From a virus (Duplodnaviria > Caudoviricetes): DNA of 61,103 nt. Location of the stretch: IMG/VR virus record IMGVR_UViG_3300030090_003848, positions 1 through 61,103 of that record; one strand, given 5' to 3'. This document shows positions 19,101 to 26,575 of this stretch, piece after piece (position 1 is the first letter of the stretch; each line of letters opens with the position of its first letter). Below the pieces are notes generated by a model. That model saw only the letters and a list, made by a program, of their open reading frames with translations, had not been told where the DNA came from and did no database searches. Made by a program: the position numbers and the translations under genes.

Positions 19101-22100
19101 TGCAAGCTCTTGTTCGTCAGGTTGATCGACGGACTTATTCATCCCCGCTTGTTTCTTGAGCAGCTCAAGGACAGCTAGGGGGTTATCCGCGTCAAATGTT
19201 TTAATGTTACTGAGGCTTCTAAAGCCGAGCTTCAGCGCCCTCAGTTCATTAACTACTCTGTTTATCGCCGTGTTAAGTTCTGGAGATATGTTCTTACGGG
19301 AACGGTAGTAACCCAATTTCTTCAGGAACCGTTGGAAATAACGGATAACATACTGGAGAATGCTGGGGTTAGTCCGAAGGAAAGCTACGTCTTCTTCAGT
19401 AGAAAATCCGTTCGTGGCCCGATCCGCGTGTTGGCGAAGCATTTCCTCCATTACTTGGATCTGAGTGGTTGGGTCTCCAGCCCGCCACTTCTCCTTCATC
19501 TTCTCTCTCATCGAGGCAGCTCCCGCAGAGTCATCGCCATACTCATCAATCGCTTTGTATGCATCGGCAATAGTCATCGCGCCGATAATCTCCTGTTGCT
19601 CTGTGCGAGTAATCGCAGCTACTGATGCGGCGTGGGCAATCTCTTCGTTAATGACGACCGAGATAATCCCCCGAAGTGTTTCGGGGGGAACTTTTCTCCC
19701 CGCGTTCCGACGCTGTAGGTCCACCATTAGCCCGTTTAATTTTTTAGGGTTTATGGTCAGGACTCCGGTATCGTTGTCCATCTTGGCCATCTGAGGGATA
19801 GTCTCGCTCACCTCTGTCCTTACTTCAGGTGGAATGACGGCTCCTTTAAGATACCTGACTATCCGCTCATAAGCGTCCCCTTCTTCTTTCTTAGCCGTAG
19901 CGTCAACTCCGGTTGCTTCTTGAATCGCAGAAGACAAATCCGCTTGCTCTTGCTGGGCAGTCGAGACCCCCTTGGTAATCGTATGGACTACCGTGTCGGG
20001 AGTGATCGGCTCTTTTGGGATCGTGTTTTCCGACACAGGGGTAAACGGGAAAACGCTTTCCTCGATAAAGTCTACGGCTTGCTTGGACTTTTTGTTGGGC
20101 AGTGCGAGGAACTCGTTAACCGTAATTAAATCTTTCTTTTTACGACGGCGAGCGCCTGCTTCCAAAACAGAAGAATGCGAAAGATCCAGAACGGCAGAGA
20201 ACGCGGCATCGAATCTAGGGGTTGCCCCCCGAAAAAACGAGCGGATGGCCATGATGATTCTTTGGAACGCGCTGTAAACAGCGGGTCCGCGATCCCCCGT
20301 CATTGTTTTTACAAACTGTTGGAAGTCAGTTGACGTAAGGAAGTGGGCAACGAACTCATCTACGTTTGCCAATGCATCATTGATCCGTGAATCGTTAAAC
20401 GAGAACACTCCAAGGTTTGGCAGTCTGCTCGACGGAGTAGTGATCACATTCCTTATGGCATACTCTGAACCCATCGCAGCGTAGTCTTTCTTGAGTTCAG
20501 AAATAGTGGCCTCCAAAGTTTGGATCGCAGCCGTTTCCTGTGGGGTTCTAGCCGATTCGGGCTTCCCTGTAATGTTAGTTACATAAGCGTGGATAAGCTC
20601 ATGCAGAAGAGTGTCTGCCAGCCCCCTCGGATTATGGCCATTTATATTCAAGGAGATAGCCGGAGTTCCATCGGAGAGTCTGTCAAACTTGCCCGCGTAA
20701 GGTTGATTTGTTTCGTCAATCGACAACTCAATAGTCTTAATAAAATTAGGAGACTGAAGAAGGAGCCGCGCCAGCGATACAAGATGCGTGTCGTATTCTT
20801 TCTGAGCGCGTTGCGAAAGCCCAGCAATTCTGTTGAGGGCCTCAATGATAGAGTCGGGGTTTCCGCTCTCTAAGCCCAACGCGGCTATCGCGTCATTGTT
20901 GAGCATCTGGACATACCCCTTGCCCATGTTGTGGGGCTGTGACCGAAGAAAAAGAGTGCGAACAGATTGCTTAACGTAATTAAAGAAGTTAAGCGTTTCT
21001 AAATCGGTAGCGGGTTCACCCTTAATGTTCTCAACTGTATCTTTAATCAGGGACAGGTAATCCGCGTCAGACTTAGGAGTCCCTTCAATAGAATTAGAAG
21101 TAAGCCCCATCAGACGGAGCGCATCCCTGACTGGAGCAGCCATGTCGAATTGGCGTGTCCTTAGTTCTTTTTGAAACAGGAGGCTGATAGAGTTGGACTT
21201 AGCGTTGCCCTGAGCCATCCAGTTCACAAGATGACCCCAAAGGGTTTTATTAGTCGTCCGGTTAAAATCAATGTTAGTTGTCTGGAAGACTTCGTTCTGA
21301 ACAATCCCTACAATCCGACGACGAAGTGCCGAGTCAGCAGTCATAGCTGCGACGGCATTAGCTTGAACTTCTTTATACGCGGCTGTGATCCTCGCTGGGG
21401 CGAACGGAGGGGCTATCTCTTCTTGAGGCGGAACGTATGTGTCTTCTGCTTCTACCTCTGGGTTAAAGTCTGGGTCACCTTCTAACTCAGAAACTTCGTC
21501 AACAGATAACGTAGACACAAAAGATTCTTTCTGGTGCGCCAACCTAGACTCCTGTTCCGACACATATGCATCAGCAATGCGGCGTCCGGCACTTGGTAAT
21601 GATGAGTAACCAGAAAAATCTGCCCCTTCAAACAACGCCTCCATTGAACTCAATCGAAGTTCTAACAGCGCAGCTTCAGTAAACTCGGGAGCAAGTTCTC
21701 CTTTAGAGGGTGCGAGAAACGGGGCGACTGACTCGTTAGATTCCAGACGGTCCAAGATATCCTGATTGGAAATTTTTTCGTCTGGGTTAAACGGGGAGGT
21801 CACCATGCCTTCTGGGTCTGCTAATCCCTTAGCCCGAAGATTAACTACGCGCTCAGTCAACTTGACCAACCTTGTGTAATCTGGTTGCAACGACAACACG
21901 CGGTCCATAGGTGTAACCGCAGACACAAGGCCCCCTGACTCAGGGATAACTATATCAGAAACAAAAATCTTGTCGTTAAACTCAGTAAACCTGAATGAGG
22001 GGTTTATCTGGTTTTTAATAAAAGACCTTACGTTTTTATCGACAACAACAGGAATCCCACGCTCAAGGAAAGTGAGCATATCCAAGGGGTCGTTGTTAAA

Positions 22101-25100
22101 CATGCCGACGCCGAACCGATTTACGAAAATTTTCCCGTCCCCATAGGCAGAGTTCATGGGGATGTCCCCTTCCAACGGTGAATAAGAAATACGAAGGAAC
22201 TTACTTTTGATTCCTTCAGCAATCTTTGCATTTGCCGAGCGGATAAACGCATCCGAAGTGGTCCGCTGATTAACGGGAATCCCCAGTCTTTTTAGTTTAG
22301 CAGGCGTAATGACATGTCGGAACCCGCTTGCTATAAGATTGTCAATCGCTTCGATTTCATCAGGGGCCTCAGTGACTTCGTCCAAGGTAACGTCCGAATC
22401 AATCTTGAGATTTGAAAGGGCTTTGACTCGGTCTTTGAACGCTTGCCCGATCAACTCTTCAGCTTGTTCTGGACTCACCGCTTTTCCTTCTTGGACACGT
22501 TTCCGCAAAGCCCGACCGACCGATGATTCGCCAGCAACTTCAGCGGAAGAAGCCTCACGGTTCATCTTAACGTAAAGATCTTTTGCCCGATTTATTTCGG
22601 CAACCCGCTTCCCGAATCTTGCTTCGATTGCTCCTGCTTCGCCCACCCTGCGGGGGTCTAGTATTTTAGACCGCTGCGGGGGCAAGGCTTCTTCGATAAC
22701 AGGTGGCGCGGGGGTTGGAGAAATAAGATCCCTTACAGATTGGTGGTCTGCATTTTCTACATAGCTAGATGAACCAGCAGGCATATTCATCCGGTTCATC
22801 AGAGCGCCTTTAATTTCCATCGTGGCTGGGTTGGCGTTCGTAGCTACGCTGGCCTTGTCTGCCATGACATCAGCAATAGCTGACGCTACGGAATCGGGGT
22901 TGACCTTATCCTGCAAAGCCAACTCCATTTGAGGGTCCGAAGTAATACCGGAGGGGAGCGGAGTTTCAGTTTCTTCCGCCGCAGGCTCTTCCTCGACAGT
23001 CAACTGGAGCAGGTCGTTGGGAGCGATGTCTGCCCTAGCGTCCTTCCGTTTCATGTCGGACACGGCTTCTTGAAATGCCTTAGCCGTTATTGGTGACCCG
23101 TTCGCGTTGAGATCAGCGACGGCCTCATTGATGATGTCGTCATAAAACTGAGCCATTTGGTTGGACCTAGTTATGGCTGGCCGGATAGATTTAAGGCCGA
23201 GTTGAACCGCCGGAACAGAACCACCCATTACTCCTCCCAAGGCAACCGCATGCCACGTTTGCTGCATCCGCTCTAACATGGGGGTGTCTTCATGGAGAGC
23301 GACATCGGTTATCATGCCGTTGACAAACTCATCAATCCCTTCCTCAACTCCTTCGTCTACAACATTCTTGGCTACACCTTTGAGACCACCAAAAGCATAC
23401 TTCTTCATAGTAGCTTTGATAGCTTTCTGGGCAGAGCTAAGGAGGTCACCGTCCAGACGCCCAGTGATGCCTCTGGCTACAACCCGCATATCTTTTGGAG
23501 TCAGTCCTTTAAGAAGGGCATCTTCAAGGCCCCCCTTACCTATAAGAGAAAACGCCGACGTAAGGACGCCAGTAAATGTTCCTGCCATAAGCATGGCCCC
23601 TAAAGACCTGTCGTGCGCTTCTTCTTCGGTGATGTCGGGGTTCTGCTTTAACTGGTTATACACGGCCCCGTAAGTAGCCGACCCTGACCTAGTAGCCGCA
23701 GGAATAAATACAGCGGGAGCAATACCTAGTTTTTGGGCGAGGGTTCCGTTGTATGTCTTCAGTAATTGGACTGCTCCCTCGGGAGAACCTTTGACTAAGC
23801 CTTTTTGAATAAGATCTTCAGCTTGTTCAAAGGCGGATTTCCCTGCTTGGCGTCTGAATTGGTTAGACGTAATTGCTTTTACAACGCCCTTAGCCGCGAG
23901 GCTTGCCGACGTTTTCCCACCCGCTTTCAACGAAGCATAAGCAAGTGCGCCAGTTCCACCTATGGGAGCGGTTCCGACCGCCAAAAGACCAGTAGCCGCT
24001 ACATCCATAAGCATGGGGAAAGCTGTTTCGGCTACGTCTTGAAGGAATGGAAAATCCTCCCCGAACACAGACGCCAGTTGCCTGCGGTCGGCATTTTTCT
24101 GAGACACAGAAGCCAGATAATCTTTAGCCGGATCGAGTCCAAAAGCCGCAGCCACTCCAGCAAAGGGGAGCAAGAACCCATTAACAATGGATGCCTTCAC
24201 GCCTGCTGCCCGTTCTTTGAAAACATTATAGTTGTCTTCGTCCGCTACGAAACCCTCAAGAATCTTGTAGTCGGGAACTCCCGCCCTACGACCAATCATA
24301 AGAGATTGGTTCCAGTCCTCGGACACACTGTCTTGTGACGACAGGAATTTGTCCATAGTTGTGAACTCAGACTTGAGGACATTCACACGCTGTTTATCGA
24401 GCATATCCTTAACGCTCGGGCTAAGGTTGGGGTGCGCTGCTAGTGTCTTGTCATAAACGTCTTTGTTTAACATCGCGGGTAGCGGCATGGACGGAAGTCC
24501 GAAACCACCGAACCTCAAGTTCTTACCCACTTCGTCGTCCTTGTCGTAGGACTTAAACATTTGTTTCTGCATCGCGTTATCATGGATAATCTGCTTCATC
24601 GCAGCCTCCATGTCTTCGGGACGCATATTAAATTTAAGCGCATACTTAGCCGCGAGTTGGCTATGGTCTATGCCTCGGGCTTCTTCGACTGCCTTTCTCC
24701 GTTGTTCAGCTTTATCAAAGGCTTCCTCTTGCCCCATGATCCGGCTTAGTAGGCTTCTTCCAAATCTAGGAACAGCTTCCAGCGTCTTTAGAATTTTATC
24801 CCCCGTATCAAATTCTTTTTCGGCTTGTGCAGTCGATAAGCCATCAAGCTGAATTGCAAAATCGGGGTTCTGTTCCCGCTCTTCCTCAAGTAAGTTAACG
24901 GCGCTTACTATCTTTTTTAATTTGTAAAGCGGTAGCTTATGCCCGTCAGGGGTTTCTAGCTGTGGCATAACCGAGAGCGCATCCCGCATGGAAATGTTTG
25001 CTCTGGACGAAGCCTTCAGGGCGCTGACAAGGCCCATTTTTTCGGCGTTCTCTCCTACAAGGATCTCCCCATCAGATAGCCTCGCAATGGGGAGTTCTCC

Positions 25101-25577
25101 TGACTCGACCTGTGACCGGAAATTTTCGTCTTGCCGCGTGTTTAACGTGGATTCTACTTTTTCTTTTAGGGGCTGGAGTTCTTCCAGATATTCCGCAGAC
25201 GGGGCTTCTACGGAAGACGCTTGCAAGTAGTCCTTAAAAGACTGCTGGTCTGGGTCGTTGGGAGAAAGCGACTGGTAAAACGATCTCGCCCGTTGGTCAA
25301 ACGAACTGCCTTTTTCGAGGTCAGAAATCCTCTGCTCAATTTCTTCTGCGTTCTCCCCGTCAGAAGAAAGAATCCCTTCTTGTTGCAAAGAAAGGGTAAA
25401 CCCTTCTTTGATCTGACCCTCCACTGTTGGGTTGTAAGCTCTTGCCTTAATGTATTCTTCCCGAAGATAGTCTCCGTATTTCAAGCGGCTTTCGAGAGGA
25501 TCATCATAGGGATTCTCGGAGGACCATTCAGAAAAACCAAGTGGCGTAACAGGTGGGGTATCAGATTGCTCTGTCAT
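10173..25577 (-). CDS. Giant polyvalent (probably virion-injected) protein, 5134 aa, with zincin, GNAT, methyltransferase, glycosylase-like and ADP-ribosyltransferase domains
   Basis: HELIH (aa ~1659); degenerate NEEIAH (~1977); GNAT EFRSKGVG..FY...GF (~2258); MTase DIGGG..YDPY..SNVLNVI (~2453); HESGH..EEFIA (~2768); WY..LSPQ..KVRNF..TVDTH..Q..TW (~3247); YHGT..FFT..PVYL..YDG..IKSA (~3777); helical N- and C-terminal regions typical of large ejection proteins. Confidence 0.85.
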   Translation of the reverse strand: MTEQSDTPPVTPLGFSEWSSENPYDDPLESRLKYGDYLREEYIKARAYNPTVEGQIKEGFTLSLQQEGILSSDGENAEEIEQRISDLEKGSSFDQRARSFYQSLSPNDPDQQSFKDYLQASSVEAPSAEYLEELQPLKEKVESTLNTRQDENFRSQVESGELPIARLSDGEILVGENAEKMGLVSALKASSRANISMRDALSVMPQLETPDGHKLPLYKLKKIVSAVNLLEEEREQNPDFAIQLDGLSTAQAEKEFDTGDKILKTLEAVPRFGRSLLSRIMGQEEAFDKAEQRRKAVEEARGIDHSQLAAKYALKFNMRPEDMEAAMKQIIHDNAMQKQMFKSYDKDDEVGKNLRFGGFGLPSMPLPAMLNKDVYDKTLAAHPNLSPSVKDMLDKQRVNVLKSEFTTMDKFLSSQDSVSEDWNQSLMIGRRAGVPDYKILEGFVADEDNYNVFKERAAGVKASIVNGFLLPFAGVAAAFGLDPAKDYLASVSQKNADRRQLASVFGEDFPFLQDVAETAFPMLMDVAATGLLAVGTAPIGGTGALAYASLKAGGKTSASLAAKGVVKAITSNQFRRQAGKSAFEQAEDLIQKGLVKGSPEGAVQLLKTYNGTLAQKLGIAPAVFIPAATRSGSATYGAVYNQLKQNPDITEEEAHDRSLGAMLMAGTFTGVLTSAFSLIGKGGLEDALLKGLTPKDMRVVARGITGRLDGDLLSSAQKAIKATMKKYAFGGLKGVAKNVVDEGVEEGIDEFVNGMITDVALHEDTPMLERMQQTWHAVALGGVMGGSVPAVQLGLKSIRPAITRSNQMAQFYDDIINEAVADLNANGSPITAKAFQEAVSDMKRKDARADIAPNDLLQLTVEEEPAAEETETPLPSGITSDPQMELALQDKVNPDSVASAIADVMADKASVATNANPATMEIKGALMNRMNMPAGSSSYVENADHQSVRDLISPTPAPPVIEEALPPQRSKILDPRRVGEAGAIEARFGKRVAEINRAKDLYVKMNREASSAEVAGESSVGRALRKRVQEGKAVSPEQAEELIGQAFKDRVKALSNLKIDSDVTLDEVTEAPDEIEAIDNLIASGFRHVITPAKLKRLGIPVNQRTTSDAFIRSANAKIAEGIKSKFLRISYSPLEGDIPMNSAYGDGKIFVNRFGVGMFNNDPLDMLTFLERGIPVVVDKNVRSFIKNQINPSFRFTEFNDKIFVSDIVIPESGGLVSAVTPMDRVLSLQPDYTRLVKLTERVVNLRAKGLADPEGMVTSPFNPDEKISNQDILDRLESNESVAPFLAPSKGELAPEFTEAALLELRLSSMEALFEGADFSGYSSLPSAGRRIADAYVSEQESRLAHQKESFVSTLSVDEVSELEGDPDFNPEVEAEDTYVPPQEEIAPPFAPARITAAYKEVQANAVAAMTADSALRRRIVGIVQNEVFQTTNIDFNRTTNKTLWGHLVNWMAQGNAKSNSISLLFQKELRTRQFDMAAPVRDALRLMGLTSNSIEGTPKSDADYLSLIKDTVENIKGEPATDLETLNFFNYVKQSVRTLFLRSQPHNMGKGYVQMLNNDAIAALGLESGNPDSIIEALNRIAGLSQRAQKEYDTHLVSLARLLLQSPNFIKTIELSIDETNQPYAGKFDRLSDGTPAISLNINGHNPRGLADTLLHELIHAYVTNITGKPESARTPQETAAIQTLEATISELKKDYAAMGSEYAIRNVITTPSSRLPNLGVFSFNDSRINDALANVDEFVAHFLTSTDFQQFVKTMTGDRGPAVYSAFQRIIMAIRSFFRGATPRFDAAFSAVLDLSHSSVLEAGARRRKKKDLITVNEFLALPNKKSKQAVDFIEESVFPFTPVSENTIPKEPITPDTVVHTITKGVSTAQQEQADLSSAIQEATGVDATAKKEEGDAYERIVRYLKGAVIPPEVRTEVSETIPQMAKMDNDTGVLTINPKKLNGLMVDLQRRNAGRKVPPETLRGIISVVINEEIAHAASVAAITRTEQQEIIGAMTIADAYKAIDEYGDDSAGAASMREKMKEKWRAGDPTTQIQVMEEMLRQHADRATNGFSTEEDVAFLRTNPSILQYVIRYFQRFLKKLGYYRSRKNISPELNTAINRVVNELRALKLGFRSLSNIKTFDADNPLAVLELLKKQAGMNKSVDQPDEQELAVASGITLTGRDLNLEAVKGAESLGVQERDKFTGLVYTAVDPADLGFTDLISETIEAGEDPMFPAFAVEAREGFTKSFLDAPDQEIKPHVYLRHIVVPNEFRSKGVGRAMLKALLRKMDEAGSDIALFFRSTDRRGIEGKQLYDFYASEGFTEIEDIFIGRMINDPESWIKREFERWKDIRDNQYEDEIEFFSHSGDKIISYSLYDMSDVRLMEVMREYHAAKVAYAYDEGFDLRRPAQPLEQGTLDLGSGIQVSDVWDLKGVTQKIGSQDTSLSQRGALFGRVKNWVAGTVNADIGGGKSELATEYLAGKGVTNYVYDPYARPEGVEEAVEKIHGGQADTATLSNVLNVIKEKGARRRVLQQANDAVKDGGEIYITVYYDRSKKEGPTSKGYQLHRPLKAYKDEISEVLDIDEDASTASMIVAKPRKATALGSGIMFGPESADLFPADEGDAEFAEIMETKGWQAAKKSLPEEGGAGEMRLSMSLGEVIDLIPKDTKSRYLGSLLILRNGMSPSGRKDFDKTRVVWHAIKPEEELTPSEQRRIEEWEPEDRPQAGRSRLHKFKTQTGGPEFGLRGTAATGPQGQISITTSLPFGRHFTPAQAWGMSLTHESGHAASMIKLYEAGVSKTSGGPSRKRQALDNWVYAEGTDGGRAVTEGKLPPNDTEIRDLLPVNYISRGRFKDPEAVAKVPAPIRDLFKLYHWVKPQIEEELRMHPDVFHRGLAADRKLGYAADSIEEFIADAWSNPHFQDFLRKLPASPDKSVFQEFIDIIKRLLLGDKASESANTALEEVLDLTIQIANLRAKPQPKKLTKAEVRQKAISEGTVGLGSGIMVDTAEDLSAVDAPLDISALDIKPAARFRTATGKGASDRAEDSTFENYARQKSYVLNAPTVAGYQIFKGRKNRKGRAVEARGEDTAAYRELKYLNDRYKAAFSDTKVTTPVISEIKSARKVTDAFVTRIAKKLYVAPAKAKAGQIPYTGDEAQMEVVRGLIEFVRDPDTPTTLAAAKKWKSDFKNDLFDKMRPLADEVYESVHKGMVENLVHLHDTMHPEIRERAKLWYEGANRIAQDFATRYNITTGQAAATIAVLSPQKDWFQNVSLAGRVMEVVSKQQETVFDKEMADAFIEMSQNIPKTGLTAAAHAKKKAQAKKSAEAMVVIMEGKTLAQLIEEAASFEPEPQKKGESDKAFKKRRNAELARMRPLPARFVRTFDYLNHPRGYAIITPEGNRVQLQRTKNGEIAKVGWGSYPEIQKAVDSFLTDDPEVHSDLLGNQHKVRNFRNNIADPTNIMDGTVDTHAVGAALMLPVAGGSDEVTHNFGGTGISSSGNAELGMMGVYAMFLRAHQDAAAFINGRDGTNLSTREIQSITWEQVRTLFTAEQKREAASYAKKGVEETVLDESRKIWNKTNDDGEARNLIEERFGGYGLPDWATPVERSLVARDKSYTESVRLKRLPDAGVSRSPDARAGGDPDGAGAGAVEVDNLPPDPEGLSTDLPSAIGLSGFPADPSFLKPISSILPDPTVKELRAINKEYMSVLNEAKESMGSKAFMELVEKHLAYDEQSALIMAMKPWGSKVEYEIEEDKPAPEINSLKGQEIRNKLRPMVDAAARAAGWKIGVAYHGTDRVLTIFDPKKTGSDIVSTSTATNLTFFTPDVDSAREFGQNKVNHNVVESGKLAPPRSLEIIPVYLKVDKLFDPRKDWEKYSDLLYENRPNKDTEFKITDEVIDRRATPIEEWIKKNKGNLANGHWNFWENQQVVDAVLSEYDGMLISENGVATDVDGNFPVLDDNDMNIAVRDSRLIKSAAPVTLDEDFNLIPLEARFNPADERYIFSGVFGDESDLPSEFDADKVDYGNFIELLELPVAGAGSGFKLVKRQFAKMFVGETDPTVQKYARQRDAFLRTTEKMVEEYHDKYTAAIDKYYSSPDDVPWDLIQAAVGTLDNIDPDPDNDLQQAHIKRLDEIKARSRVVMSQEIEDAENQFAKDKENIAFIVREMRADGNQTPEEIRKLGSESRKRIKEAKDRLNKRINEARKRADARKGAETEIEEQSFKETLEKSRMANKQVALGGRDAALSELADTAPDLFTVIVDLRRLTDELSAKARDLFGRGGHDVIAKFDNNMGLYITRRYQMFSDSGYVKRILTSKEEKDVAVREAAIEFMRGQWIENKTDELMRDNAGNREFTLQDAKDESYRLYTKSSNGGASLGFQMAAEFLNSWRGQGELTEAQDFASAFELAGMPKTVAPRMSGGLKAIVKNLKERSDIPKPLADLMGANNLPESSIDNLLYSFGTVAKIAAHQSFLEKMKQAGTQAETPWLLTADQYNKALGENYSEFIEYKKILSTSADSGLNPLAGMYVHPDIYNSIRPMFQQTPRSGDDASSQLLHGSMRAAQLATGSAMGFKTLFSVGFFLRNMLGNVLFFGPAQGYWKAGKDIWSGDVGEGRGMSAWQGVRRALKGNKAATNAYLRELEGLDVFGNEVRSQIMLRLINGEETFDGVQEQIVNLQKKLSDKNLIKQGGAKYTSMMNTLARLASAMDSFYKIGYYENELAILRKAQEADRLLPPDQQTYANMSDLELKQEAAEIIGDTAQSYSRALPIIKKISGSGWGLVFAPFIRFTAEVPRIVVNTYKRGFRDIRSKNPVMRRRGYNRVLSMTAIAGGLSMAVPTLLRSLLSEMGEDEDEAFRMSLPPYLRNHTFWLWKTDDGEIGSLDLTYLNPFSIIVDPLLRGMEHMVRGEPFTAVEKMTTAAILQPYLGEQILAGSIIDVMENRNAKTNMPIVESSQPLHIRMLNKLKYVGREAYGPRTPLKAIEAIKAGFGDAPESFADSPFGIVVYDSLPVRPRFYKPEDQFSRVVYQLRDEHRRAGRAFNELLTPKGMTEGAVEAVHKSVLSDRKRVNQKLMQAMRGMKGLGMTNQSIYGAMTAARYGDRRSKLLFAGFMENPVPTKNVTESLMRTAQGQQRLRTLMRAHGERERFLTVER
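16605..18362 (-). repeat. Dispersed junction repeat CATGATCCCTGAACCCA (16605-16621, 17793-17809; 13-bp core at 18349-18361), encoding LGSGI
   Basis: Exact DNA identity including synonymous positions; each copy lies at a domain boundary of the giant gene. Confidence 0.9.
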
Positions 25578-25614
25578 AGCAGATGCGATGGGATATGTGT
25601 TTATGAAAAACTGC

Positions 25615-26571
25615 TTACTTTAGAAAATGGCTTCCAGCGTGGCCTCCTGCGGGGCTTCCAGCGTGGCCTCCTGCGGGGGCAGGTGTAGTCATCTCGGGCA
25701 TATCGGCAAGGTAATTAGCCGCTTTTATTCCGAGCGCGTTAAGGAGAAAACTTTTCCGTGAGGCCGCGTCAAAAAAGTCAGTCGTGTTATACGTCTCCAG
25801 TTCTTTTGTCCCTGCCAACTGACGGTCGGCAATACCCTGCATACGCATAATTTCGCTCTTATTAAGGAAGAAAACGTCTTCCATAGAGGCTGACCCTATT
25901 TCGGCGTCGTCACTAATGCCCGCGCTAGTCATGTCTCCAAAACCGCGAACTTGGCTAATATCGTCTTTCAAGAGAGCGGCCTCGGCAGCCCTTTTCTTGG
26001 TGGCTAATGTCGTTCTTAGCCTTTGGCTGTCAGATTGACTCTGGGCTTCAGCCTGAACAATAGTAGCTTCCTCTTTTGGGGTAACAATCCCGTCCATTCC
26101 CGCAATCTCCTTTGCCGCAGGGACGTTCCCGAGTCGGGCTGCTTCCGTCATTTGTGGCATTAACCTGTCTTGCTGTGCTTGAGTTCCTTGAACTGATTGT
26201 AGCGCACTGTTAAACAGTCCGTTAAATAGAGAACTTCCGGCTACAAGCGGGGCCTTACTAAAGAGGCTTTGTCTGGTCCGATTGATAAACTGCACCTTAT
26301 CAAAGGAACTCATATCAGAGTTAATCCCTTCAGACAAAGTGGAAGACACTTCTGCAATGTGGTCGGCTTCTTGCCGACGCCTGCGATTTTCTTCAGCGGC
26401 CTGTTGATATCTAAGATTAGCTGTGCGGGCAGCAAGTTCTTGGGCCTGCATTTGCATCATCGGCTTATCGTATTCTTCATACAGATATTCAGACATGCGG
26501 GTCGATATCGGACGCCCAAAATGATCCCCCTTCAGAGGAGCAATATCGTCATTATAAGATAGCGTAGCCAT
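25615..26571 (-). CDS. Probable internal virion protein
   Basis: Ala/Gln-rich helical 318 aa immediately upstream of the giant gene; 24-bp tandem duplication 25630-25677 (PAGGHAGS x2). Confidence 0.6.
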   Translation of the reverse strand: MATLSYNDDIAPLKGDHFGRPISTRMSEYLYEEYDKPMMQMQAQELAARTANLRYQQAAEENRRRRQEADHIAEVSSTLSEGINSDMSSFDKVQFINRTRQSLFSKAPLVAGSSLFNGLFNSALQSVQGTQAQQDRLMPQMTEAARLGNVPAAKEIAGMDGIVTPKEEATIVQAEAQSQSDSQRLRTTLATKKRAAEAALLKDDISQVRGFGDMTSAGISDDAEIGSASMEDVFFLNKSEIMRMQGIADRQLAGTKELETYNTTDFFDAASRKSFLLNALGIKAANYLADMPEMTTPAPAGGHAGSPAGGHAGSHFLK

Positions 26572-26575
26572 GATA

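Noticed and set aside
10173-25577. Virion RNA polymerase (N4-like or crAss-like) call for the giant protein
   Set aside because: No DxDGD/DFDID catalytic motif or T7-like motifs seen; EFDADK near aa 4000 is not convincing. A profile search is still advisable.
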